Under the pieces are notes generated by a model. It did not search any database. It was not told the origin of the DNA and worked only from the letters and a program-made list of their open reading frames with translations. Positions 37,051-49,134 of a DNA stretch of 64,000 nucleotides are shown here, in pieces (the stretch's first letter is position 1; every line of letters starts with the position of its first letter). Source of the stretch: Felis catus (Eukaryota); NCBI RefSeq assembly GCF_018350175.1, contig NC_058368.1:101124001-101188000 (forward strand), read 5' to 3'. The position numbers and the translations under genes are program-made.

Positions 37051-37969
37051 GTGGATGTATTTTTTATTGCTCTTGTTGTCCTTTAAAGTAGACTCTTCTT
37101 CTAGGACCCTAAAGTCATGGGAGACAGTGGTGCTTCCTGGTATCCAGGATTGAAATAAATACACACCTTTCACACGGTGGTTTTCATTTGATGTCATGTG
37201 TGGTTGGTAATAAGCAAGAACGTGTGGTCATTCTTTCCACCATGTGTGGCTTCCCAGTAAATATTACTGGACTGAAAACTGCAAAAATCCCCTTAAAAAG
37301 GTAAGAATTAGCGTTCACCCTTACTTATCTCTCCAGTCGCGTTGATAAAAGAGAAAAGAGAAAGCACAGACCAAAAATAATGGTTTTAAAATAGCAACAA
37401 CAAGGATCACAGAAGAAATCAGGGGCTGTTGACACAGTCGTACATACTCCAAACATTTTCCTAGGAAGATAACACAGATAACGTTTTAACCTTGGGTAAT
37501 ATAGTCAGCTTCTCTATTTTAACAACACATGCAAACACCCGACTACAAAGAAATGAGTGCCTAGGTTTTCCTTTATTTTTCTCTCTCTGATTTTTTGGAA
37601 AAGAATCAGAAAAGCATAAAGTATAATATAGAAATGCCAGTATGTGGGCCAGCCAAAAAGTAAGTGTGAAGATTTTGCCATATTGGCTTCAGATTTTTTT
37701 TTTTTTGAAGAAAAATGAAACTTTTCAGGTAAATTCCCCTTATTTTACCTCCATTCCTTTTTCCCCAAGGCCAGTGCTCTCATAAAGTTATCATGAACCC
37801 CTCCGGTGAACCTTTTCAGAATTTTACCATATGTATCTTTAGCTCTCACTACTTGTATATTGCAGTATACGCTTTCAAAAAGTATGCTACTGAGTGTGGT
37901 ATATTTTGAAATGTTAACAAACAGTATCATGTGTATCAATCTGCAGCCTGTTTTTCCTCAATCTTTCTT

Positions 37970-38182
37970 TGTTACTGTTTTTTATCTTATCTTTATTTAT
38001 GAGAAAAAGAGACAGAGTGGGAGCAGGGGAGGAGCAGAGAGAGGGGGAGACACAGAATCCAAAGCAGGCTCCAGGCTCCGAGCTGTCAGCACAGAGCCCC
38101 ATGCGGGGCTCCACCTCATGAACTGCAAGATCCTGGCCTGAGCTGAAGTCAGAAGCTTGGCCAACTGAGCCACCCAGGTGCC
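37970..38182 (-). mobile_element. Can-SINE
   Basis: Full element. Confidence 0.93.
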
Positions 38183-38186
38183 TCTA

Positions 38187-38375
38187 TATTTTTATTAGAG
38201 AGAGAGAGAGAGAGAGAGAGACAGACTCAGAGAGAGACACTCAGAGAGACTCTAAAGCAGGGTCAATGCCCAGTGCAGAACCCGATTCAGGACTTGATCC
38301 TACAATCCCTGGGATCACGACCTGATCCAAACTCAAGACTTGGGCACTCAACGGACTGAGCCACCCAGGTGCCCC
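38187..38375 (-). mobile_element. Can-SINE, older subfamily, tandem with the previous one
   Basis: gggatcacgacctgatccaaactcaagact...ccaggtgcccc. Confidence 0.88.
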
Positions 38376-38814
38376 TCAACTCTCTGTTTTTGATATTTAT
38401 CCATATCAACTGGATCTGAATATAAACAGATCTAATTCATTTCCTTTAAGTGTTTTGTACTATTTTATTGGGTAATTAAAGCGCAGTTTGTCTTTCTGAT
38501 AAAGGGTATTTCCATTATTTCTCATTATTTACTATTACAAACAGTGCTACAGTGAATGCCCTTGGACTTGTCTCTTGGGGCACTGGGATTTCAGTGGGGT
38601 GATTTCCTAGTGTGATATTGCTGAGTCATAGGATTTACACATCATCAGCTTTATTTCAGTATTGCCAGAGTGTTTTCCAATATGACTGTGCTGTCTTACA
38701 CTCGTTTTCAGCAAAGCTGGAGCTACCTTTCTAAAACCAATACGCCAGATATATACTTGGTATAGTTTGGAGACTTTTCTACTTGAAAATTTTACTTCAG
38801 TTCCCACCAAGTAT

Positions 38815-38816
<2 letters not shown>

Positions 38817-38873
<57 letters not shown>
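38817..38873. repeat. (TG)n microsatellite
   Basis: Directly visible. Confidence 0.97.
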
Positions 38874-38875
<2 letters not shown>

Positions 38876-38933
38876 ACTTGTATTTCCTCCACTTCCACAC
38901 GGTTATTGGTTTGACTTCCTTAGAACAGAGCAT

Positions 38934-39152
38934 GGGGCACCTGGCTGGCTCAGTCCGTTGAGCATCTGACTTTAGCTCAGGTCATGATCTCATTGTTGAT
39001 GAGTTCGAGCCCCGCATGGGGCTCTGTGCTGACAGCTCAGAGCCTGGAGCCTGCTTCGGATTCTGTGTCTCCCTTTGTCTCTGGTCTTTCTCCACTCATG
39101 CTCTGTCTCTCTGTCTCTCCAAAATGAATAAACGTTAAAAAACAAAACAAAA
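38934..39152 (+). mobile_element. Can-SINE
   Basis: Full element. Confidence 0.95.
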
Positions 39153-39540
39153 CACTCTGCTTTATTCAAGTGTTCTTCCAGAATGAGTCTTTCCCTTAAT
39201 ACAAATTTCACTCTCTTACCTTCATTCTCACTATTGGAATGAATAGAATTTGTGACCTTGTTGACATTTTCATAGATCTTGAGAGGATTGTCTAAACACT
39301 TTATGCATGGTTTCTTTTGAAAGGACATGAAAACAAAATAAATGTCGGTATCAGCATTAATTGATATCCTTAAATTCCTTGTTTTTTTTTTTTTTTTAGA
39401 CCTACAGGTATCTAAATTTTCATTTTACCGTCCCACAAATATAGATGTTAATGCAATGTCCAAGAACACCTTCTTGAACTGGGAATTGTTGCTCTATCTT
39501 GAAACTTGTTGAAACATTTCTTCACTTCTAGTTCCTTCTG

Positions 39541-39757
39541 CCTTTTTTCCTTTTGATTTAACTTTATTTTTTATTTTTTTAAAATTTACTTCCAAATTAG
39601 TATATAGTGAAGCAATGATTTCGGTAGATTCCTTAGTGCCTTTTACCCATTTAGCCCATCCCTCCTCCCACAACCCGTCCAGCCACCCTCAGTTTGTTCT
39701 CCATATTTATGAGTCTCTTTTGTTTTGTCCCCCTCCCTGTTTTTATATTATTTTTGT
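39541..39757 (-). mobile_element. 5'-truncated carnivore/felid L1 (3' UTR and tail only)
   Basis: cccatttagcccatccctcctcccacaacc...ccctcagtttgttctc; 15-bp TSD ttctagttccttctg at 39526-39540 and 39758-39772. Confidence 0.88.
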
Positions 39758-40140
39758 TTCTAGTTCCTTCTGTCTTGGAAAAAGAAAGTTGGGCCCTGCC
39801 TGATACAGGAAATGGATATAGGCTCACTGTCCTTGTATAGTTTGGTTACATGTAGAATTTTGCACATAGTGCGCCCTTTAAACAACAAGAACAACAACAA
39901 AAAACACCTGAGCTCTTAAATGGAAACAAAGTTGAACTGATGATGGATGGTGATGATAGGGCCCAAGTGAGTACCTAGGGCTTTTCTTAGTTCCTGCTCA
40001 GTGCTCACATTTGGGTATCTTCGTTTTCCCGCTTGGATTCCCCTCCTGCTCGAGGAATGAACAGAAATACGTGTCAGTGCCTTCTGGCCCATTGTTTCTT
40101 GTTCTAGAAACACTGAGTTTAAATGTCAACTCTTGGCTGG

Positions 40141-40340
40141 GGGGGCGCCTGGGTGGCTCAGTCAGTTAAGCATCTGACTCTCGAGTTCAGCTCAGGTCAT
40201 GATCTCACAGTTGGTTTCTTTGAGCCCCGCACTAGACTCTCTGCTGACAGTGTGGAGCCTGCTTGGAGATTCTCTCTCTCCCTGCCCCTTCCCCCCTCAA
40301 AACAAATACTTTTTTAAAAACCTTACAAAAAAAAAAAAGA
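40141..40340 (+). mobile_element. Can-SINE, older subfamily
   Basis: ggggcgcctgggtggctcagtcagttaagc head. Confidence 0.93.
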
Positions 40341-42377
40341 TAAATGTTCACATTTAACATCACTGATCAGAAGGGGTCCAGGATGATCTTGAGCCAAGTA
40401 TACAGGCATACATTTTCGGCCCCTCTAAAAACTTTGGTTGGGGACCACGAACCAGGACGAGGAGGCACTGGTCTTATTATGATGAGCCCCCTTGAGGAAA
40501 TGCCACATGCTGTGAATATATGTTGTCATGATGTGACATTTTGTGACATAGTTATGACATTTTGGGGGGACTTAGGTGAAACAGATGCTGTCACTGAGGA
40601 CTGTGGTATAGTGCACGAGGAAGGTGACTCGGGCTGATGATGGTGACGGTGGAGAGAGAGAGAGACCGTTCTTGGAAAGCATGTAGGAGGCAAGTTCAAC
40701 TCCATTGGGTGATGGCTGGGCACTGGGGGCCGAGGGAGAGAACAACATCAAGGTCAAATGAGTTTCCTCAACTCTGGGGGCACAGCTATGGGATCTAACA
40801 GAGTACCTGCGATTTTCGTCACTTTTCCGTTTGAGTTAGCGTAAAGTCAGTATTAGCGGAAGCCGGGGAGGCACAGCCTCATGTCCTATGCTACGTTGTG
40901 TGATGTTGGGAAAAGGCCTGACAAATAGCCACCTACTTTCCCCCTCAAGGCAAGTAGCAGTTCCAATCAAGCAGGCAAAAGTGATAGGATTTCTGTCGTC
41001 ACACTATATTTAATTTGGGGGGATTTTTTGCTAAGACGAGAGTATAGGGAGAAACCTTTTTATACCCATTTTCAAGACTCACTAGCTTGTGCCTGGTGTT
41101 CAGATGAGCCAGCGTCCAAGTGACACCTGTTACACGTAAATACTAGAGTTTCATGTGCTGCTGATGAAATGGGCTAGAAGCACCAAGGAGAATGGTCCTC
41201 CTCAAAACGCTTCATAATTGTTTTCACTCGCAGCTCTCAAGGGAAGTTGGTTTGTGGGGGAAAGGATAGGGCAGAGGGGCTGGGTCGTCAACATTTCTGG
41301 CTCCATTTTAGGTAAACATTGGTGTCTGAGGAACTAATGGCTTTGTTCAGCGTCCCACGGGTTGTCAACAGCAGAGTCACGGTTGAGACTTTGAATCTCG
41401 GAACCAGCTTCCTAAAAAGGAAAGCAGAAACCACCGCCACATAATACAGTGGGATCTAACCTAAATGCAAAGTCTGTCTTTAGGTGGTTCAGGGAGCAGA
41501 TACATCTACCTCATGAAATGATTCCATTCCCTTGCCCTCATCCTCAAACTAGGAACTGCAAGAAGTCGTTAATCTTAACTAGAATATAATCCAGGAGTCT
41601 CTTTACTCTTCTCAGGCGACATTGATTATCCGTTGTGATCGCCCTGCTGCGCTACCCAAAGCGTCTCCAGCAGTTGCCTCCATCAGATTGATGTCTTGTC
41701 TTTGAGGGGTGGGGGAGCCAGTGGAGAGGTTGGGGGTGGAGACAAATGAGCAAAAACAACAACAACACAACAACAAAACCCAAAACCCCAAAAAATAAGT
41801 CATCTGTTTTAAAATGACTAGAGATAATAAAAGAAACTGTCATCACTAAGCCCTTTGGCCCCCAGCACAGAAATGCTGAGCTAAATTAATCTGAATCACT
41901 GTACTAATTTTAGTCTCTAGTGTAACCAGTGAGGCTCTCTGTAAGACTTGTTCTCCATGTGTGTTTGGAAGAGAGCAGTGGAAAAGGCTGATGAGAGGGT
42001 AAGAGACATGACTTCCAGGATGCTGTGGGCAGCACTTCAGCAATTACCAGGATCCCATCCCTATTTTATTTGAGAAGGACCAGGCGCATCAGGGTTCCTT
42101 CTGAGAACTGCACCCCTTGCTTCCCAGATGCCCCCTAGGACTGGGATTCCCTTCTGGAACGGCTGTATGCATGTAAGCCCCCAACCTCACACCCCTCGAG
42201 AGACCACATCCTCCAAGCTCTCCAGGGCTCACCTGGTTTCTGGAAGCGGGAGCTGATGACCTCTGTGGTCGGCTCAGACTCTGCCTGTGCTGGGTTGGCT
42301 GGTGTTACACATGAGACTTTTTGTCCCATTGTCCTTGCCTGGTTTGAAACAAATTTCATTTCCTTGTATGTGATCTT

Positions 42378-42584
42378 TAAGAAAAAATTTTTTAATGTTT
42401 ATTTTTTGAGAGAGAGTGCGCAAGCGGGGGCGGGGGGCGGAGAGAGAGAGGGGAACAGAGGATCTCAAGCAGGCTCTGTGTTGACAGCAGACATCCTGAT
42501 GTGGGGCTCGAACTGACGAGCTATATAAGATCATGACCTAAGCCGAAGTTGGACGCTTAATCAACTAAACGGCCCAGGCCCCCC
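42378..42584 (-). mobile_element. Can-SINE
   Basis: TSD tccttg(t/a)atgtgatctt. Confidence 0.95.
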
Positions 42585-43341
42585 TCCTTGAATGTGATCT
42601 TGAAAGAAGAGTTGCTTAGAATGACCTCAAGCAGTCGTTAGTAGACCAACCTCAGTTAAGACATTTACAATCCCTAGGAAATAGTCATTCTCTGCCCCCC
42701 CTTTCTCTTCTTGAGGGTCTCTCTTTTTTGATGGCTGCCCTAATAGTTTCAGGTGCTGACAACAGCAGTCCCATATTCTCTGCGAGGTGAGAGTCCTTTT
42801 ATTTCATCTGAATGAGAGCCTGTTGTGTTTTGTTTTAACCAGTTCTCTGCGCGTCTATAACATTCCACCTGCTTTCTTCCCCGGGGTCGCCCGGCTCGTC
42901 TAACAGACGGTTACTGCGTCCCGAATGCCTTCGAACAGTTACGTGTTTGAGCCCGGGGGCCTCTCGTGTGGATGTTCCAGCCATGTCAGCATGGCCTCTC
43001 CCTTCAGCTTGTTTTGTTTATCCGGCAGCTCATTACTTAGGAGTAGCCTGTCAAAATAGGTTAAATATCCTTTGGGAAACATGGTCACTCACATCCTAGA
43101 GATACCAGAAATATGTTGAATACAGGGGAAGATCGGCTTGATAAGAAAAACGGGATCGACTTGCATCACCCAAAAATATTTTCCTGCTATTCCAGTTGAG
43201 TTTCCGCGAACATCAATAAAGCTCTAGCGAACCTACAGGCCATAAATTTCTGCAGCCGACGCATAAAGACACCAAGGGAAGCAGGGAAAATGATTGCTGA
43301 TGATTCGTTCTAACTACTTGACCTTCTGACCTCTTCTCTAG

Positions 43342-43469
43342 ATATATGACCAAGATGGAACACTACAGCACTTTATTGATGGTGGGGAACCTAGTAAGTC
43401 GAGCTGGATGAGGTATATCCGATGTGCAAGGCACTGCGGAGAACAGAATCTAACAGTAGTTCAGTACAG
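43342..43469 (+). CDS. PRDM6: PRDM6 coding exon (128 nt, probably exon 4), PR/SET domain: [42 protein letters not shown](R)
   Basis: Acceptor ctcttctctag| at 43341, donor AG|gtaacg at 43470. The translation has the PR-domain WMRYIRCAR...EQNL motif. Absent from the ORF track because it is short. Confidence 0.96.
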
Positions 43470-46400
43470 GTAACGTATGTACCTTGATTTACCACTTCAA
43501 CGTAGCTGAAGCCCTTTGGCTTGCGTGTACAAATTCAGGCTTGCTGCTGGTTTTAAAACCCTGCAGAGTCCCGCAGAACCCTGTGAGGACTGGCAGACAT
43601 TGTTTTCCTAGGTTTTTGGAATCTCCTTGGTTCTTGAAACCACACTATCCCGAGAGTTCAGGAGTAAAGATGCTCCCGGAAGGGCCTCTTTTCCTCGGTG
43701 CACGTGGTGTAGTTACTTCCACGCCACTGCCTGAGCATCCACGAGTGCCTGAATGAGCTGGGAAAACTTGCCGATGCGGGGTGATTCCCCCACAGCCGGT
43801 GTGTGCCTGCGCGTAGATAGGAGTTCAGAGATGCAGCCCCAGATCCCGTGCACCCTGCCGTCTTTAGGCTTTCTCCCTCGGGAAACAGTGTCATTTGCAC
43901 AGAGACGTGGGAGGCCAAGAACTAACTCTCAGCCTGCTCCAGGCTGCTTTTCCCGAACTCTTAGCTCAGCAGCCACGGCTGAGCCAGAATAACCCATCCC
44001 GGTCCCTCAAAAGGTGTCAGAGTGTTTGGCTTTGGCCCTTTGACCATTCAGGATACATGTCGGGTGATCAGGCAGTTCCAGAACGTGGAGAAGCCGCCGG
44101 TTCCCTGAGAAGTTTGGGCAGAGCCCAAAGGGTAGCAGACCCAAAGTGGAGCCAGCCTCATTTTCCAGAATCCCGTTGGGAGGCCTGTGGCTGGGGCGGG
44201 GTGGGGGGAAGGTGGGGGGGGGGGCGTGGGAGGGGCAGAAAAGCAAGGTGGATTCCCAGATGCCCTGCCACATCCACTCACTGCACCTGTTGGTCAAGCA
44301 TTTCCACTTAGTGCTAAAGAAGGCTGAAATGGAGATGGGAACACAAAAACAGATCACAGAGAGGGGGGGAAAAAAACCCTTTCCTCAAAATCCCTCGAAA
44401 ACATGTGCCGTATAAATATATGACCTCAGTTATAAACAGCCATGTTCCCTTTAGAATCAGAAGCAACTGGTTAGCTTTATTAGGCACCACAGACACATCA
44501 AAGCAGAAGGTCCTGTACTCTGCAACTTGGCTTCTTGCCTGTGGCTATTTATTTTCTTTCTTTCTCCTTCTTTTTTTTCTTTTTTGGTTTTTAAACACGA
44601 AGCTTAAAAAAAAAAAAAAGGGCTTTATACCCCTCGTAGGTATAAGGCTGCACAAATCTGGCTGGCTCTCCGAAGGTCTCCAGTTCAAAGGGAACATATT
44701 TGGGCAGCATGTGACTCACTGCCATGGTTTCCTGGGCAGTTATATTTCATTAAATAATGGTTTCAACGAAACCGTGCATGACGGTATTTGGTTACTTGAC
44801 TGCGGCCGCATTTCTGTCATGAAGTTTTTATGAAAGCCGGAGCTAGAAAATTAGTAAAGGTTGGGTTTGTCCCTCTAGCAAGAGATAGTCTGGCCGGTTC
44901 CGTAATGAGCACCTGGGGAGCTCTTGAGGCAAATTCTGAATTTGGGGGAAACAAGAAACCCCTGACGAGTAAGGCAGTTACCTATCTGTCAGTAGTAAGT
45001 GGATTGTACAGCTAGCCTTTCATGATAGTGCTTCACCTTCTAGATCTCTCTGCCGATCTGTTTTCGATTACTTCGGATCTTTCTAAAATGAACTACAAAA
45101 ACACAATTTAAAAAACTGGCATCCATCACCAGTGACCACGTCCAAGAGTAAGAAAATAGAAAAGTTGGACCCCGAAGAGCCAGCTTAATTTTTATTGTGC
45201 ATGAACGTCCTCTTCACAAAAAGTCAGCTGGTTTAGATTCATTCTGTTATGATTTGTAATATCTAAATGGAATTTTCTTCAAAGCGCCCTTGATTGATTG
45301 ACCCTTAGCTGAACGTTTTGTTTTTATTTTGAGGCTGACAATAATGTTTGTTGGCGTGTGCTGTGCTTCAACTGCGTTGGGACGCCATGAGGCTATCTTT
45401 ATGAGTCATCCAACCACAATACTAAATACATGTCAGCAAAGGAAATATTATCTGAAGAGGGAAAAATTCCTTTGATGTGCTTCAACATGCAGAGATTTCT
45501 GCGAGTTTTGGAAGCTTTGCCCGCTTGTAAGGAACGGTGTACCCTTACACATTTTTTTTTCTTTTTTTTTTTTTTTTTTTTTTACCCACCCCTCCCTTTC
45601 GGCTTACTCGGTGCCTCAGAAGACCACCCATTGCTTGAAAACCGTTCTGTTCTTTCAGCGGCAAAGTGTGTCATTTGGTTTTTAGCACATTCATTTGCCG
45701 GGCGCTGTGTTTATATTAAGGGAAGCCAAACCGAGAGATGAAACGTTACAAGGGTGAAGTACAAAGTCGACTCAATTTTTCTCGAGTTAGGAGATGCCGG
45801 TGATTTATAGCTCGGCTCCAATTTTGATTTTTTTATGTAGCAGTGGAAAGAATTAATAAAATGCACAGCTCTTGGAGATGCGGAGGGAGGCAGGGTGGCG
45901 AGGTCCGCACAACTGGCTGGAGTTTTTGTCAGATATTCATAGAATGTGGGGAAAAACATTCTGCTTAGTTAGCAGTGCCCTCGCGAGACAGAATGGCAGC
46001 AAGTAAGGAAAATAACAAGATAAATGAAATTTTTGCAGCTGCAAGTAAAATATTGAGAATCTGCACTTTTTTTTTTTTTTATTGATCTTTATGATCCTAT
46101 TGCCAAGAGCCACTTTGTGGTGACAAAATATGTTGACAAGTGCATATCTCACCGCCATGAAAAATGTGGAGAAGGATTTGCCTTATGTCTGCAGTGTTCT
46201 ACAAGGAGCCAATTGCCCTGCCAAGGCCATTCCTTACAGAAAGGCTAAATTTAAGGCCCACCAACCCTGAACACTTTTATCTTGAACTTGAGGCTAATAT
46301 TTGTAGCAATTCTTCATTGAGGAAACCAGTCACGGTCTCCTCATTTTTTTTTTTTTTAAACTGTAGGTTTTTCTTTACAGTACCAAAGCTGTTTTAAAAA

Positions 46401-47071
46401 AATGTTTGTTTCTTGGTACCTCCACTCTGTCATTTCAGAGGGTAATCTTTCAGCCAGAGTAAAGTGCTCCCCTTGTATTTAATGAACTTCCATTCGTTTT
46501 CCCCGGAAGAGGGGTTTTCTCTTCTCTTGTGTCAAACTTGAGAAGATAGGCGATGGGGAAGATTTTTACTTTCCTCCGTCCTTAAATCACAAAGCCGCTT
46601 AATTTTATTACGGATTTGGGGACTCCCATTGCCACGTTGCAAGAATACGTGTAATGCTTTTCCTTCAGAAAGGAAATCAATAATATTAATTGATAGATGA
46701 AGGTGAGGCACCGGCATCTACAATTTGCCGAGAGATGGAATTTTCTCATTAATCTGAGATGGAGTTTTTTGTTTTGTTTTTTGTTTTTAATGAGCCCCTG
46801 GCTTTATGCCAGCCCTTGGGCCCTGTATGTGTCTCTTCAGCCAAGATGTTCTATGGAGGGACATTGTGGAAATAAACTGTAAGGTGTTTATTATACCGGG
46901 GTAGAGGCTGTAATTGGTTGCTGGGAATGATAAGGTGGGTGCAGATTTTATTGCAAACAAACTGTTTAGATGGAGCCGGGCGGAACTTTTTCGGGGCAAT
47001 GAAAATGTGGAGGGGGGGGGGCACCTGAATCCTACCTATTACTAAGCTGGGTTTTCTTTTGTTTTGAATAG

Positions 47072-47196
47072 GTCGAATATATTCTACCGAGCCTGTATAG
47101 ATATTCCCAGGGGTACCGAGCTTCTGGTGTGGTACAATGACAGCTATACGTCTTTCTTTGGGATCCCTTTACAATGCATTGCCCAGGATGAAAACT
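47072..47196 (+). CDS. PRDM6: PRDM6 coding exon (125 nt, probably exon 5), end of PR/SET domain: (R)[41 protein letters not shown](L)
   Basis: Acceptor ttttcttttgttttgaatag|, donor T|gtaaga. Phase joins the previous exon (AG+G=Arg). Contains the PR/SET IFY...ELLVWY motif. Confidence 0.96.
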
Positions 47197-47471
47197 GTAA
47201 GAATTTCTTTTAGCTCTGAATTCACATCTCAAAATACTTATTTGAAAGCTAACCGTTTAAGAGTGTTGCTTGAGACTCTTGAAATCCAACTCACCCTGAT
47301 ACGTGATGCAAATGTGCACGAGTCTGTTCCCTCATTTTCTTCTCCTCCTGTCCTTTGCTTTTTTACAGGGCATCTTATGTAAGCCAGTCCTTTCCTCACC
47401 TGTATTTATTGTCAAAGCCATTGTCATAGTTTTAAGTAGTCGCTGGTAGCAGTAACGAGGCAGCTGGTATT

Positions 47472-47700
47472 TAAAAAAAATTTTTTTTTATGTTTACTTA
47501 CTTTGAGAAAGAGAATGGAAATGAAAATGAGAATGAGTCAGGCACAGACAGAGAGAGAGAGGGAGACACAGGATCCGAAGCAGGCTCCAGGCTCTGAGCT
47601 GTCAGCACAGAGCCTGACTTGGGGCTCCAACTCACAAACTGGGCAATTGTGATCTGAGCCAAAGTCGGAGGCTTGACCGACTGAGCCACCCAGCTACCCC
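47472..47700 (-). mobile_element. Can-SINE, adjoining an L2 3' fragment (about 47710-47830)
   Basis: TSD gcagctggt(a/c)ttta. Confidence 0.93.
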
Positions 47701-48390
47701 TGAAGCAGCTGGTCTTTATTGAGCACATACTCTGTGTCTGGTACTGTGCTTGCCACCGCATGGGGTTACCAGAACAGCACAAGCTGTAACTCCTGCTCTG
47801 CAAGGGTACACGATCTTGCCAGAGTCACATCACAGGCAAAAATAAAATAATAAGAAAACGGTGCTGTCTACGTAGGGGTCAAAGCCCTCCAGGCAACTGG
47901 GTGCTAAGTAGTCATTGGAATGAGAAACAGTAGCAAAAATCATAGACACGTGACTGAGAAATTTGTCTTTGCAAATTTCCTAGTCTAACATGAACTATTT
48001 AATTTGTATCTTTATTACCACGGCAGTCATTATCTCTAAAAAAAAAAAAAAAAAGTCTTATCTAGGCAAACAGGACCTGGGAGCCGTTTTTATTAAAACT
48101 TTTGTTTTTGTTTTTATCAATTCTTTGCAAAGTATTATAAGGTGATTTCCAGGATTTGGAATGGAATTAGGTAATGCTGATGCGTTTCAGTGAGAAACAC
48201 TGGTTTCACTGACACCATTTTAATAAAAAAAAATGGTGTGGCAATAAAGCCACCAAACTGATAACGGCTAATTGCAGTGAACTAATAATTTGTCATTCTG
48301 TAACAGAAAAAGGTGCAGAGAGAACAGATCTATTGAAGAAACTTCAGTTTGGAGGAAAAAAAGTGTTATTTTTCCTTTCCCACTTACTTT

Positions 48391-48392
<2 letters not shown>

Positions 48393-48438
<46 letters not shown>

Positions 48439-48468
48439 GACCCCCCCCCCCCCAAAAAAAAAAAAAAA
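48393..48468. repeat. (CA)n followed by poly-C and poly-A
   Basis: Directly visible. Confidence 0.95.
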
Positions 48469-49134
48469 GTTTGTGTTACTCCTGATAAAAACGCTGCTGG
48501 TCAGATATTTCTTTTTCATGTTGTCTTTATTTTCTTTGCCCCCCCCCCCCCAAAAAAAATAGAACCCTCGGGAAGCGTATTGCCATCAAATTTCTCTTTC
48601 TACTTTACTCTAACCCCAAACCAATCTCCAATCAAACAATGAATCTTTGAACCTATAGTACATTCCTCTTACTTCCCAAGTTTCCATTGCAAAGTTTCTT
48701 TTCTGCAGTGATACTTGGGTTTGAAGGAGTGTCTGTTTTTGTAGGAGAAAAATCTCAGTGTTGGACATGGAGTGTGTGGTTGGTGTTTGAGGCAGAAATG
48801 GACAGGACACCAGAACGTTCTGTCTTCTCAGGACGGCTCCATGCCCCTGTTCCCCCAGACTAGACCGGAGTCCATGTACAGAGAAACAGCAGTTTCCGGC
48901 CCTCTAGCCTGCTGACATGGGCCTGTCCTGTGAACCTTGACGTAACCTCACCTTCTGAAGTGTGGAAGTTGATCCAAAAGCCTTCCAGAAATCCTGTAAG
49001 GTCTGCTGTTCGCTCCTTTACCACAGCCTGCTATAGACTCTGAAGATGTTACTGTGGTGTGTGTGTTGAGAAAGGTCTGAAGATAAGCTTATTGAAGGCT
49101 CGAGTTCTCAGGTACCTAGGCACATAGTCCAAGG

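Larger units (their letters stand above)
37480..39310 (-). mobile_element. Fragmented old L1 (L1ME-like) interrupted by three SINEs and a (TG)n
   Basis: tactattacaaacagtgctacagtgaatgccctt, atattgctgagtcatagga and similar motifs. Confidence 0.55.

Noticed and set aside
42378..47700. circRNA of the two PR-domain exons driven by flanking SINEs
   Set aside because: The nearest flanking SINEs are in the same orientation, and the more distant + copies have closer competing partners.
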